Shown here one piece after another: positions 56,608 to 64,000 of a stretch of 64,000 nucleotides of DNA (position 1 is the first letter of the stretch; every line of letters starts with the position of its first letter). Where the stretch lies: positions 1,302 through 65,301 of the IMG/VR virus record IMGVR_UViG_2857375656_000002; one strand, written 5' to 3'. Both the position numbers and the translations under genes were made by a program. This DNA comes from a virus (lineage: Duplodnaviria; Caudoviricetes). Below the pieces are notes generated by a model. It worked only from the letters and a program-made list of their open reading frames with translations, ran no database searches and had not been told where the DNA came from.

Positions 56608-57200
56608 TGCAGCGTCTCCCCTGGCTTGCGGCTGATCTGCGCAGCCATTGCTTCAACCGATCCGCCAGAAAGGCGCAACACGAGCAGGCGCAGCGCGGTG
56701 GTGGCATCAATGGAGAACGTTCGGGCTTCGTCGACCTCAAGGCCTGTCGGTGAGTGGCCCATGATCAAGGTTCGAACACGGTCGCTGTAGTTGAACGCCG
56801 CGCAAGCCAACTGTTGGTCAGTCAGGCCGTCGAACGCTTCGTCAGGCAGGCATTCAGCCGAGTACACGACGACTGGAATCTTGTTTTCGGGGCGCGGCTC
56901 TCCCCCCAGCAGATGGCGGGTCATCGCCTCATAGTGTTCTTCGGCAACCTGATCTGCATCGTGCCCAGTCCTGCGGCGAAACAGCACCTTCAGCGCATAA
57001 AACGCGCGGATCAGGCCGATGTGGGTGTCATCCTCCTTCTCGATGGAATATTCAGTTTCATCGATCACCTCCAGCGCGTCCTTGACCACTTCGAAGCACT
57101 TCAGCAACAGCGCGGCGTCGTTGTTTTTTTCAAAGAGCGCCTCATCGATGTGCTCCACGGGCTGCGTATGCTGGGCAGGGAAATTCAATACGTTTTTCAT
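56604..57200 (-). CDS. Hypothetical phage protein
   Basis: MKNVLNFP start; ATGA overlap with Rha gene. Confidence 0.62.
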   Translation of the reverse strand: MKNVLNFPAQHTQPVEHIDEALFEKNNDAALLLKCFEVVKDALEVIDETEYSIEKEDDTHIGLIRAFYALKVLFRRRTGHDADQVAEEHYEAMTRHLLGGEPRPENKIPVVVYSAECLPDEAFDGLTDQQLACAAFNYSDRVRTLIMGHSPTGLEVDEARTFSIDATTALRLLVLRLSGGSVEAMAAQISRKPGETLQ

Positions 57201-57934
57201 GTGAGATTCCTCTGGCGCAGCTTGAACCGGCCTTGCTGAATATCGGGATGGGTGGCGCGCTCTGCGGTCACCAACGTGCACTCGGTGACGAAGCGGTCGA
57301 AGCGGCGGGTGATATCGGCCTTTGGCCAGATCGCGTACGGCTGCGCGCCGTCCTCAGCGTGATTGCTGCGCACCATGGCGAACGGCAACGGCGCGCCCGG
57401 GATGTCGCGCATCACGGCGTTGATTACCCAGGGTGGAATGCCGTGCCGAAGGTTGATGCGCTCGCGGATCGTGGTCATCGACTCAAAGCCGGCCGGTCTT
57501 GAGTCGAGGTAGCGGACCTGCTCAACGTTGGCCACCCGAGTTTCAATCCGCTCCAGCGCCACCTGCTGCTCACGCTGCTGGCGCTCCACGGCCACCAGGT
57601 GGTTCGCATTTGCGGCAGTAATCTCGGCCTGAGTCATCGGGCGGGCGGCCTGTTCTTCCAGATCGTGAAGTCGGCGAATCACTTTGTGCCGCAGGGGGAT
57701 GCTGTACCCGGTGATCAGCGTTTCGGTCAGCTCTTTGTCCAGGTGGTACTCGACCTGCTCCCGATTCATGCTGTCCAAATAGATGCCCCCAAAACTGGGG
57801 ATATCTTTTTTAAGCTCTGAGAGCATGTTTTCAATGTCGCGCTTGACGTGGTCATGACGCTTTTCGGTCAGCTCCGAAATCTCGCGAGAGGACATGGTGA
57901 AGGCGGCACCACCTTGGAATTGGGCGATGGTCAT
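57197..57934 (-). CDS. Rha family regulatory/antirepressor protein
   Basis: TMSSREISELTEKRHDHVKRDIE...LITGYSIPLRHKVIRR. Confidence 0.85.
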   Translation of the reverse strand: MTIAQFQGGAAFTMSSREISELTEKRHDHVKRDIENMLSELKKDIPSFGGIYLDSMNREQVEYHLDKELTETLITGYSIPLRHKVIRRLHDLEEQAARPMTQAEITAANANHLVAVERQQREQQVALERIETRVANVEQVRYLDSRPAGFESMTTIRERINLRHGIPPWVINAVMRDIPGAPLPFAMVRSNHAEDGAQPYAIWPKADITRRFDRFVTECTLVTAERATHPDIQQGRFKLRQRNLT

Positions 57935-58236
57935 TGAACACCCCCAATTTCCCGCGCTACGTTTTCGGATCGCGCAGAACGTGGCGCCGGGTTCACCACA
58001 CCAACTTCCTTGAAGTGATCAATCGCTGACTCAATTGAAGAGACTCCAGTGTCATCGAGATACTTGGCCAGGCCTGCGAGCACCTGAACATCCCGGCCCT
58101 TACCGTGCTCAACGTTCATCGCGATGGCACGGGCAAGCGCTCCGAGCCATTCGAGTTGTTCCTTGGCGCAGATCAGCTGAAATTCTGCCTCAGAAGCAAC
58201 CGCATGGATTTCTGGCGCGTTAAGGACAGCATTCAT
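57931..58236 (-). CDS. Hypothetical phage protein
   Basis: KEQLEWLGALARAI; co-oriented overlap. Confidence 0.62.
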   Translation of the reverse strand: MNAVLNAPEIHAVASEAEFQLICAKEQLEWLGALARAIAMNVEHGKGRDVQVLAGLAKYLDDTGVSSIESAIDHFKEVGVVNPAPRSARSENVAREIGGVQ

Positions 58237-58502
58237 GCGGCACCTCCGGCCGCCGGTTCAACGGCGGCATGTGAGGCGTAAACGAGTGCAAGGGCGTTCT
58301 CGGCGGCGAAGTACGCCAGCGTCGCCTGGTTGGATACGGCCGGAACACACATCAATTCCCGCAGGCCAGCAGATACTGCTTCAAGCAGATTGGTCGCTGC
58401 GTCGAGCGACTCGTGAACGGGCACGCCACCTGCTGCTGAAAGGACAGCGTGGCTACCGCTGACCATGAACTCATGCTCAAGTGTGAGGGATTGACTTTTC
58501 AT
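58233..58502 (-). CDS. DUF3077-like protein
   Basis: GVPVHESLDAATNLL...AYFAAENALALV. Confidence 0.6.
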   Translation of the reverse strand: MKSQSLTLEHEFMVSGSHAVLSAAGGVPVHESLDAATNLLEAVSAGLRELMCVPAVSNQATLAYFAAENALALVYASHAAVEPAAGGAA

Positions 58503-58831
58503 GCTTGCCCCCTCTCTGCGATTTCCGAGGGAAGGCCTTTCTGAACGGACCAGAGCAAAGCACTGACGCTGTCGGCTACAAACCTCAATGTGGCCATGCC
58601 ATCGCAATACACCATCTCACCGTAGTTAAGGCTTTCGTGCATGTGCTGGCAGATCTGGCCGAGACCAGAAGCGAGGGTGCGCGCCTGCTGAATAGCGTCA
58701 CGGGAGCCAATACCGGGAACGACCTGGAGCATGCACTCCCCTTTGTTATCGATAGGGGTTTCGCAAAAACCGACCTCAGTTGTGAGAGTGTCTTGCGCTT
58801 CGGATTGTTTGTTGCTATTTTTTGGGTGCAT
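58499..58831 (-). CDS. DUF3077-like protein
   Basis: LQVVPGIGSRDAIQQARTLASG. Confidence 0.6.
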   Translation of the reverse strand: MHPKNSNKQSEAQDTLTTEVGFCETPIDNKGECMLQVVPGIGSRDAIQQARTLASGLGQICQHMHESLNYGEMVYCDGMATLRFVADSVSALLWSVQKGLPSEIAERGQA

Positions 58832-59107
58832 GAAATCGTCCTCTAGACGAAGAAATACCTAAGCGCTTGCGTCAACAAGTGCCGATTGAGAACCCGCTGC
58901 CAGGCGGGTTTTCTGCTTTTTGGACTACGCCAAAAACAGAGTTTGAAGCAGGCGCACTATCAGGGCGGTCCTGTTATTTGTTGGTCTGGTGCGTCTGCGT
59001 GCTTCATTCTTGAATCCTTGCACTGGGGTTACATCCAGTAGCCATAGAATACTTCAGGTATCCAGCCATAGGGCGGCCAGACCTGCGCATCCGAGGAACA
59101 CACCTCA

Positions 59108-59302
59108 TCAACGACTTGGAAACTTGCTGATTTCTGTTGCTGAAACTAAGCCGCATTCCGCCAGGTCCACGAAAATGGTTCTACCCGCCGCAATTGCTTT
59201 GGATAGAGCTGGGCCAGTACAGTCCAGCGCCAGCGCAGCTTTTTTCCTGCCTTCTCGCTCGACATACTCGGCGAGCGGAACGCGGACACACGCACCGATC
59301 AC
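59108..59302 (-). CDS. Cro-like protein 2
   Basis: LAEYVEREGRKKAALALDCTGPALSKAIAAGRTIFV...KFPS. Confidence 0.72.
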   Translation of the reverse strand: MIGACVRVPLAEYVEREGRKKAALALDCTGPALSKAIAAGRTIFVDLAECGLVSATEISKFPSR

Positions 59303-59595
59303 AGAACTGCCTGCTGGATACTGGATGCATCCACAGCACCAACAGCGGACTCGCCTACTTTGGTGATCTGGCTCAAAATTTCTTCAAGGTCGAGGCGGGG
59401 CTTTTCTCGGTCTCCTCCAGATGGGAACCCCTTCAGCTCAACACCGGTAAAGCAGCCGGGCTGCTCTTCGGATATGAGAATTAAGCGCCCGGCCTTAATG
59501 GCTTTACTGATTGCAGCCTGGCTTGAGCCCAAGACTTTTGCGGCCTCGTCCTGACCATGCAGATCTACAAATTCGTGAAGTTGGATGGGCGTCAT
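59299..59595 (-). CDS. cro: Cro-like protein 1
   Basis: LHEFVDLHGQDEAAKVLGSSQAAISKAIKAGRLILI...KGFPS; divergent from cI. Confidence 0.8.
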   Translation of the reverse strand: MTPIQLHEFVDLHGQDEAAKVLGSSQAAISKAIKAGRLILISEEQPGCFTGVELKGFPSGGDREKPRLDLEEILSQITKVGESAVGAVDASSIQQAVL

Positions 59596-59630
59596 GGGCT
59601 CACCTGAAAATGGCTAATGGCGCGAATAAT

Positions 59631-59688
59631 AACTATCGGTATTGTTTTTGTCCATACCGATGGTTTTTGCAAAGGTCTACTAATGGTT
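59631..59688. promoter_or_regulatory. OR-like operator cluster (3 sites)
   Basis: AACTATCGGTAT, AACCATCGGTAT (rc), AACCATTAGTAG (rc). Confidence 0.6.
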
Positions 59689-59701
59689 ATAAATTTACCT
59701 C

Positions 59702-60430
59702 ATGAAAAAACGAACCCTCCCAGATGCACTTGCAAACGAGTGCGCGCTCCTAAAGGCGCTTTACGTTGCGAAACGTAAAGAAATGAATCTGACCCAGTCA
59801 GATCTCGCGGATGCGCTGGGCGTGAGCCAGGCGGCGGTTAGCCATTATTTGAATGGCGAGAATCCGTTAAATACAAGAGTGGCCGCGATCTTCGCGCAAA
59901 AGCTTGGCGTCCCCGTTCAAGCCTTCAGCCCTCGCCTTGCAAGGCAGATTGAGCAGAGTGCTGCGGCCGCCAACCTTGGCGCCGGCCTTAGCAACGACGC
60001 GAACATTCAATACGTGGGACAGCCAAGGCTGTCGTTTAGCTATCCATTCCTAAGCTGGGTAGCAGCTGGCTCATGGGCAGAAGCCAATGAGCCTTACCCG
60101 CCCGGCTTTTCGGATCGATACGAACTGTCCGACTATGAAGCCAAGGGCGCGGCCTTCTGGCTCGAAGTAAAAGGCGACTCTATGACTTCTCTGTCAGGAA
60201 TGAGCATTCCTGAGGGGATGCTGATACTTGTGGACACAGAAGAAGAAGCACGCCATGGCAAGCTTGTCGTGGCAAAGCTTACCGATAGCAACGAGGCAAC
60301 CTTCAAAAAGCTTGTAGAGGATGGCGGTCAGCGCTTCTTAAAGCCGCTCAACCCCGCCTACCCGATGATGGCAATCAACGGCAATTGCAAAATAATTGGC
60401 GTTGTCGTCCGGGCGCTGATGAAACTCTGA
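59702..60430 (+). CDS. CI-like XRE/S24 prophage repressor
   Basis: HTH LGVSQAAVSHYLNG; AGSW cleavage region; VKGDSM and TFKKL catalytic motifs. Confidence 0.92.
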   Translation: MKKRTLPDALANECALLKALYVAKRKEMNLTQSDLADALGVSQAAVSHYLNGENPLNTRVAAIFAQKLGVPVQAFSPRLARQIEQSAAAANLGAGLSNDANIQYVGQPRLSFSYPFLSWVAAGSWAEANEPYPPGFSDRYELSDYEAKGAAFWLEVKGDSMTSLSGMSIPEGMLILVDTEEEARHGKLVVAKLTDSNEATFKKLVEDGGQRFLKPLNPAYPMMAINGNCKIIGVVVRALMKL

Positions 60431-60492
60431 GTAAGAACACTCCCGAAACGCCCGCACCCCAGCGGGTTTTTTTTGGCCCGGGAAAATAAAAT

Positions 60493-60530
60493 AACCATAA
60501 GTATTGATTTGATAATATAACCGCTAGTAT
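60493..60530. promoter_or_regulatory. OL-like operator pair
   Basis: AACCATAAGTAT and AACCGCTAGTAT. Confidence 0.55.
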
Positions 60531-60565
60531 ATTTGCTCCATCGCAACCCGTATGGAGCTACAAGG

Positions 60566-60886
60566 ATGACCACCACAACCATCAACTTCGCAGGCTTCAC
60601 CGGCTTCCTGGGCCGCGGAGCAGCTCCGCGTGAGCTGCAGTGTTTGATGGCAGTGGCGGCTGGTAAGACCTCAAAAGAGGCCGCTCGCGAGCTTGGGGTT
60701 TCAGCTGACGCCATCGATAAACGCCTTCTGGCACTGACAACCAAACTGGGTGTCACTCGGCGGGCCGCTCTCGTAGCAAAAGCTTTCGCGCTAGGCCTGA
60801 TTCAGGCTGCCTGCGTTATTGCCCCCAACCCCGGACCGCAGCGCCAAGAAGACAGCGACCAGTTCCTGGGCACCTTTATCGCCTAA
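60566..60886 (+). CDS. LuxR-type HTH protein
   Basis: APRELQCLMAVAAGKTSKEAARELGVS...KLGVTRRAALVAKA. Confidence 0.8.
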   Translation: MTTTTINFAGFTGFLGRGAAPRELQCLMAVAAGKTSKEAARELGVSADAIDKRLLALTTKLGVTRRAALVAKAFALGLIQAACVIAPNPGPQRQEDSDQFLGTFIA

Positions 60887-60951
60887 ACCAAACCTGATTT
60901 TTGCGAATGCCAAAAACGCGGCCGGGATCTGTTCGGCCCAGGGAAAGTGAA

Positions 60952-61110
60952 ATGGAAACCTACGAAGAGAGCTGGCCGACCGTCGTCACCCCCGCAGAGG
61001 CCCTGGCAGAAGTGAAAAAGCACGGATCAAGCGTCGATGAGTTCGACGAAGACCTCGGTGTTCACGAGCAATACAAGTCGGCGGATGTCCTCGCCAGGCT
61101 GGGCTACTAA
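60952..61110 (+). CDS. Small acidic hypothetical protein
   Basis: METYEESWPTVVTPAEALAEVKKHG. Confidence 0.55.
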   Translation: METYEESWPTVVTPAEALAEVKKHGSSVDEFDEDLGVHEQYKSADVLARLGY

Positions 61111-61150
61111 CCCCCTCCACCATCATCAAAATTAACAGCAGGAGTTGGAC

Positions 61151-61603
61151 ATGGACCGTAAGAAATTCAACCTCTGGAGGCTTCTCCGGAACGTGATCAT
61201 CGGGGCAGTTGTGGCCGCCATTATCAGTGCTGTGCTGATGGAGACCTCGCCCGATGTAGTAAGCCCATCGTGCGGCGAAAACGCGATGTTTGCGTTTCTG
61301 TTTATCGCTCTTTCAGCAGGCATGTACGGCATATTCGCGATGCTCGGCGCTGCCGATAAGGGTGACGAAGGAAAGATACGGGGTGAGGCCGAAGTCGCGG
61401 CTGAATCGCTGCATATCGACCAGCGCATCAAGATGGCCGCGAATGCCCGTCGCTACGAGTTTCTGCGCGACGTCGCATTCAGTCTGACGCTGCCGATCAA
61501 GGTGCGTGACTTCTACGGCAATCTGCTGGTGAAAGACGGCCTCGACAGCGAGCTCGATCGCGTCATGAGGGCATTTGCTGTCGGCGCGGATGCGCAGCCA
61601 TGA
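61151..61603 (+). CDS. Two-TM membrane protein
   Basis: Two hydrophobic segments then ARRYEFLRD motif. Confidence 0.62.
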   Translation: MDRKKFNLWRLLRNVIIGAVVAAIISAVLMETSPDVVSPSCGENAMFAFLFIALSAGMYGIFAMLGAADKGDEGKIRGEAEVAAESLHIDQRIKMAANARRYEFLRDVAFSLTLPIKVRDFYGNLLVKDGLDSELDRVMRAFAVGADAQP

Positions 61604-61944
61604 AGCGCCGTCAGATCTCCTCCTCCCTTCTCGCGCTGCTGCTGATCGCGGGCCAGGCTACCGCCGGCGAGCAGGTAATCAGCGTCCAGCATGACAGCGT
61701 GCGCGGCGTCACCTGCTGGATCTTGAACAACACCGGGATCAGCTGCTTGCCGGACAGTTTGCTCCTACAGCAGGCCACCCCTGCGAGAGAGACAGGCCGG
61801 GCCTCTCACGCTGATTCAGGTCCAAAAAGAGGACTTCAAATGGCCGCCCCGCTCCCGTGCGAAACCAGCGAATCGTCAACTTGCGCAAAATCGCAGATTA
61901 GCGTGCCGGCAGGTCGGCCATATGAAAAGGGGTTCCATCTATGA
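61600..61944 (+). CDS. Secreted hypothetical phage protein
   Basis: Signal peptide, HDSVRGVTCWILNNTGISCLPDS. Confidence 0.65.
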   Translation: MKRRQISSSLLALLLIAGQATAGEQVISVQHDSVRGVTCWILNNTGISCLPDSLLLQQATPARETGRASHADSGPKRGLQMAAPLPCETSESSTCAKSQISVPAGRPYEKGFHL

Positions 61945-62108
61945 GCCGCCGCAACGGTACCAAGGGCCAGCGCCTGATCGAACTGTTCAACGCCCTGCAG
62001 CGCCGGGAAACCACCTTCGGCCAGATCTATGCAATGTCGGCTTCGTGCGGGATCGACGCGCGCCGGGTACTCGCTGACCACTTTCAGCGGGGTGCGAGCC
62101 ATGACTGA
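61941..62108 (+). CDS. Small hypothetical phage protein (55 aa)
   Basis: Hand translated MSRRNGTKGQRLIELFNALQRRETTFGQIY...; ATGA overlaps on both sides. Confidence 0.6.
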   Translation: MSRRNGTKGQRLIELFNALQRRETTFGQIYAMSASCGIDARRVLADHFQRGASHD

Positions 62109-62778
62109 CTTGATCTGTCGTAAATCCATGACGCGCTGCCTGACGCCGGGTATGTGCTCTCCCCATGGTGGCTGCCAACCCCCAGAAACGGCATCTGCAT
62201 TCCGCTCGCTGCTGGCCGAGCGGAACTCGCTGGCCTTCTTGCTGAAGCGCTTCGTGGATGGCGAGCACGACCAAGACGAGAATCAGGCCGAGCGCCACAT
62301 GTACCACGACGAGGCGCAGGCCGTGCTGGTGTACCTGGGCGGCGAGGTGCACGGCCACACCCTGGTGCCGGACGAGGCCTTACTGATGTTGAGGGCCGAA
62401 AACGAGCGGCTGCATACCCTGGCTCAGACCGAGATCGACAAAGCTTGCGAAAGTGCAAAGGAGGTAGCGGGTGCGCGAATGACGCTTCACTCGCTAGAGC
62501 AGGAGCGCAATCAACTGAGAGCGTTCGCCGTAGAAATGATCAACACCAGCTTCGAGGGCGGCAGTTTTGATGGCGGCGATATACAAGACATCGCGGTGGT
62601 GCACGGCCTGTTGCGCGTCGAGCTGCGCGAAGATGAATGTGGCGAGGGTTGTGCCTGTCGGGAGTATGGTTTTCCGGCCGAGTGTTACCGCAAGACACCG
62701 ATACTTGGCGCTGGACCGAACGAGGTCGCGACACAATACACGGATAATGAAAACGTGTTACGACACGAAAGGAGGTAG
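62101..62778 (+). CDS. Ead/Ea22-like early protein
   Basis: Cys-rich N-terminus, coiled coil, SFDGGDIQDIAV...CACREYG. Confidence 0.55.
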   Translation: MTDLICRKSMTRCLTPGMCSPHGGCQPPETASAFRSLLAERNSLAFLLKRFVDGEHDQDENQAERHMYHDEAQAVLVYLGGEVHGHTLVPDEALLMLRAENERLHTLAQTEIDKACESAKEVAGARMTLHSLEQERNQLRAFAVEMINTSFEGGSFDGGDIQDIAVVHGLLRVELREDECGEGCACREYGFPAECYRKTPILGAGPNEVATQYTDNENVLRHERR

Positions 62779-62780
62779 GT

Positions 62781-62975
62781 ATGTTTCTGACGGCAGAGGA
62801 AGTTGCCGACCTGACCGGCTACAAGAAGCCAGGGGCGCAGATAAAGTGGCTGACCGCCGAACGATACGGTTTCGCGATAGGTGGTGATGGTCACCCGAAG
62901 GTGCTGCGCCAAGTTGTAATCGGGCGGCTGGGTGGTATTCAATCAAGGAAGGGGCCAGAGCTTCGGCTGGGTTGA
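62781..62975 (+). CDS. Excisionase-like protein (DUF4224-like)
   Basis: MFLTAEEVADLTGYKKPGAQIKWL...DGHPKVLR; upstream of integrase. Confidence 0.82.
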   Translation: MFLTAEEVADLTGYKKPGAQIKWLTAERYGFAIGGDGHPKVLRQVVIGRLGGIQSRKGPELRLG

Positions 62976-62986
62976 GGTGAGGATCG

Positions 62987-64000
62987 ATGCGTCCGCGTAA
63001 GAAGGACCGGCACCTGCCGGCGTGCATGTACCAGAAGCACGGCGCTTACTACCTGGTCCGCAAGGGCAAGTGGAAGCGTCTGGGCACCGATTTTCAGGCA
63101 TCCCTGGCCGAGTACGCCAAGTTGCTGGACAAGGGCAGTCAGGGCGGCATGCCCAAGCTGATCGACGACGCGCTCGAGCAGATGCGCACCAGGACGAAGC
63201 CACCCCTGAAGCCGAACACGCTCAAGCAGTACGAGGCAGCATGCGAGCGCCTGAAGGAAAACTTCGCCGATTTCGAGCCTCGCGAGGTTCTTCAGCGCCA
63301 TGTCGTTGCACTCAAGCTTCACATGGCGGACACGCCGAATATGTCGAACCGCGTTATCTCTGTGCTGCGCGCGGTGTTCACCTATGCCCTCGAGCAACAG
63401 ATCGTCGACTCAAACCCATGCATCGGCGTACGGCGGCACCTGGAGCACAAGCGCGACAGGTACATCACCCACGGCGAGTTCCAGGCGATCTGCGCCAACT
63501 CAAGCGACAACATGCGCGTCATCTACGAGATGTGCTACCTGACCGGTCAACGCATCGGTGACGTGCTGGCCATCCGGCTGGCCGACATAAGCCCCGAGGG
63601 CATCGCTTTCAAACAGGAGAAGACGAACGCGAGGCTGCTGGTGCAGATGACGCCAGACTTGGAAGACCTGGTAGCCCGTGCAAAGGCGCTTCCACGGAAG
63701 ATCCGCGGGCTCACGTTGTTCTGCTCGCCGCGCGGCGGCAAGCCGGTGCACTACAGCTCGGTTAAAGATGCGTTTGCGATCAGTTGCAAGAAGGCCGGCG
63801 TCGAGGATGCGAGCCTCCATGACCTGCGCGCCAAGTCGCTTTCCGACACCGACGACCAAGGCAACGATGCGCAGAAACTAGGCGGCCACACCGACGCCAA
63901 GATGACGCAACGTTATCTGCGCCTGCGAAAAATCCATGTTGGCCTTCCTCCGACGATGCCAAAGGATCTGCGCCTGAAAACGCCCCCAAAACAACTTTAG
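62987..64000 (+). CDS. int: Tyrosine integrase
   Basis: TGQRIGD (R), QEKT (K), HDLR, LGGH, TQRY; stop TAG at 63998-64000. Confidence 0.93.
   Translation: MRPRKKDRHLPACMYQKHGAYYLVRKGKWKRLGTDFQASLAEYAKLLDKGSQGGMPKLIDDALEQMRTRTKPPLKPNTLKQYEAACERLKENFADFEPREVLQRHVVALKLHMADTPNMSNRVISVLRAVFTYALEQQIVDSNPCIGVRRHLEHKRDRYITHGEFQAICANSSDNMRVIYEMCYLTGQRIGDVLAIRLADISPEGIAFKQEKTNARLLVQMTPDLEDLVARAKALPRKIRGLTLFCSPRGGKPVHYSSVKDAFAISCKKAGVEDASLHDLRAKSLSDTDDQGNDAQKLGGHTDAKMTQRYLRLRKIHVGLPPTMPKDLRLKTPPKQL

Larger units (their letters stand above)
16476..64000. mobile_element. Temperate podovirus-like prophage integrated in mutS (at least 47.5 kb, right end outside window)
   Basis: Integrase, excisionase, cI/cro, replication, Q, lysis, terminase, portal, capsid, short-tail and ejection genes in lambdoid order. 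Confidence 0.92.

Noticed and set aside
63945-63985. attR hidden in the integrase 3' end (CTGCGCCTGAAAAC resembles mutS WRLK codons)
   Set aside because: The ATGATGCAGCAGTA core is absent; resemblance is short and probably chance; attR should lie past 64000

Overview
Pseudomonas (fluorescens-group-like) chromosomal window at the tailocin/mutS locus. (1) 1-12995: R-type tailocin (contractile phage-tail bacteriocin) cluster on the minus strand, from a PrtR-like S24 repressor and holin through baseplate, fibres, sheath, tube and tape measure to late-control D (runs off the window). Its non-coding leader has an SOS-box-like promoter, an array of six ANGGA motifs and an intrinsic terminator. (2) 13374-16100: a methyl-accepting chemotaxis protein and a C4-RNA/DUF3077 cassette. 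(3) From about 16475 to beyond 64000: an apparently near-complete temperate podovirus-like prophage (at least 47.5 kb) integrated 18 codons into mutS; the integrase ends at base 64000 and attR lies outside the window. It has the usual integration, immunity, replication, Q, lysis, packaging, head and short-tail modules. Unusual cargo: a rulAB (umuDC) operon split exactly between the catalytic Asp and Glu codons by a decayed integron-like element carrying a DUF4209-type HEPN protein and still downstream of a perfect LexA box; a second MltR-like HEPN gene; a 1064-aa polyvalent ejection protein with an InPase-like domain; an SGNH tailspike; HicAB with an extended HicB; an orphan VapD/Cas2-like nuclease; an 8/4-fold tRNA-Ser(UGA) inside a ~1 kb array of structured RNAs; and tandem cro genes. 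Family assignments come from motif recognition by eye; no database searches were run.
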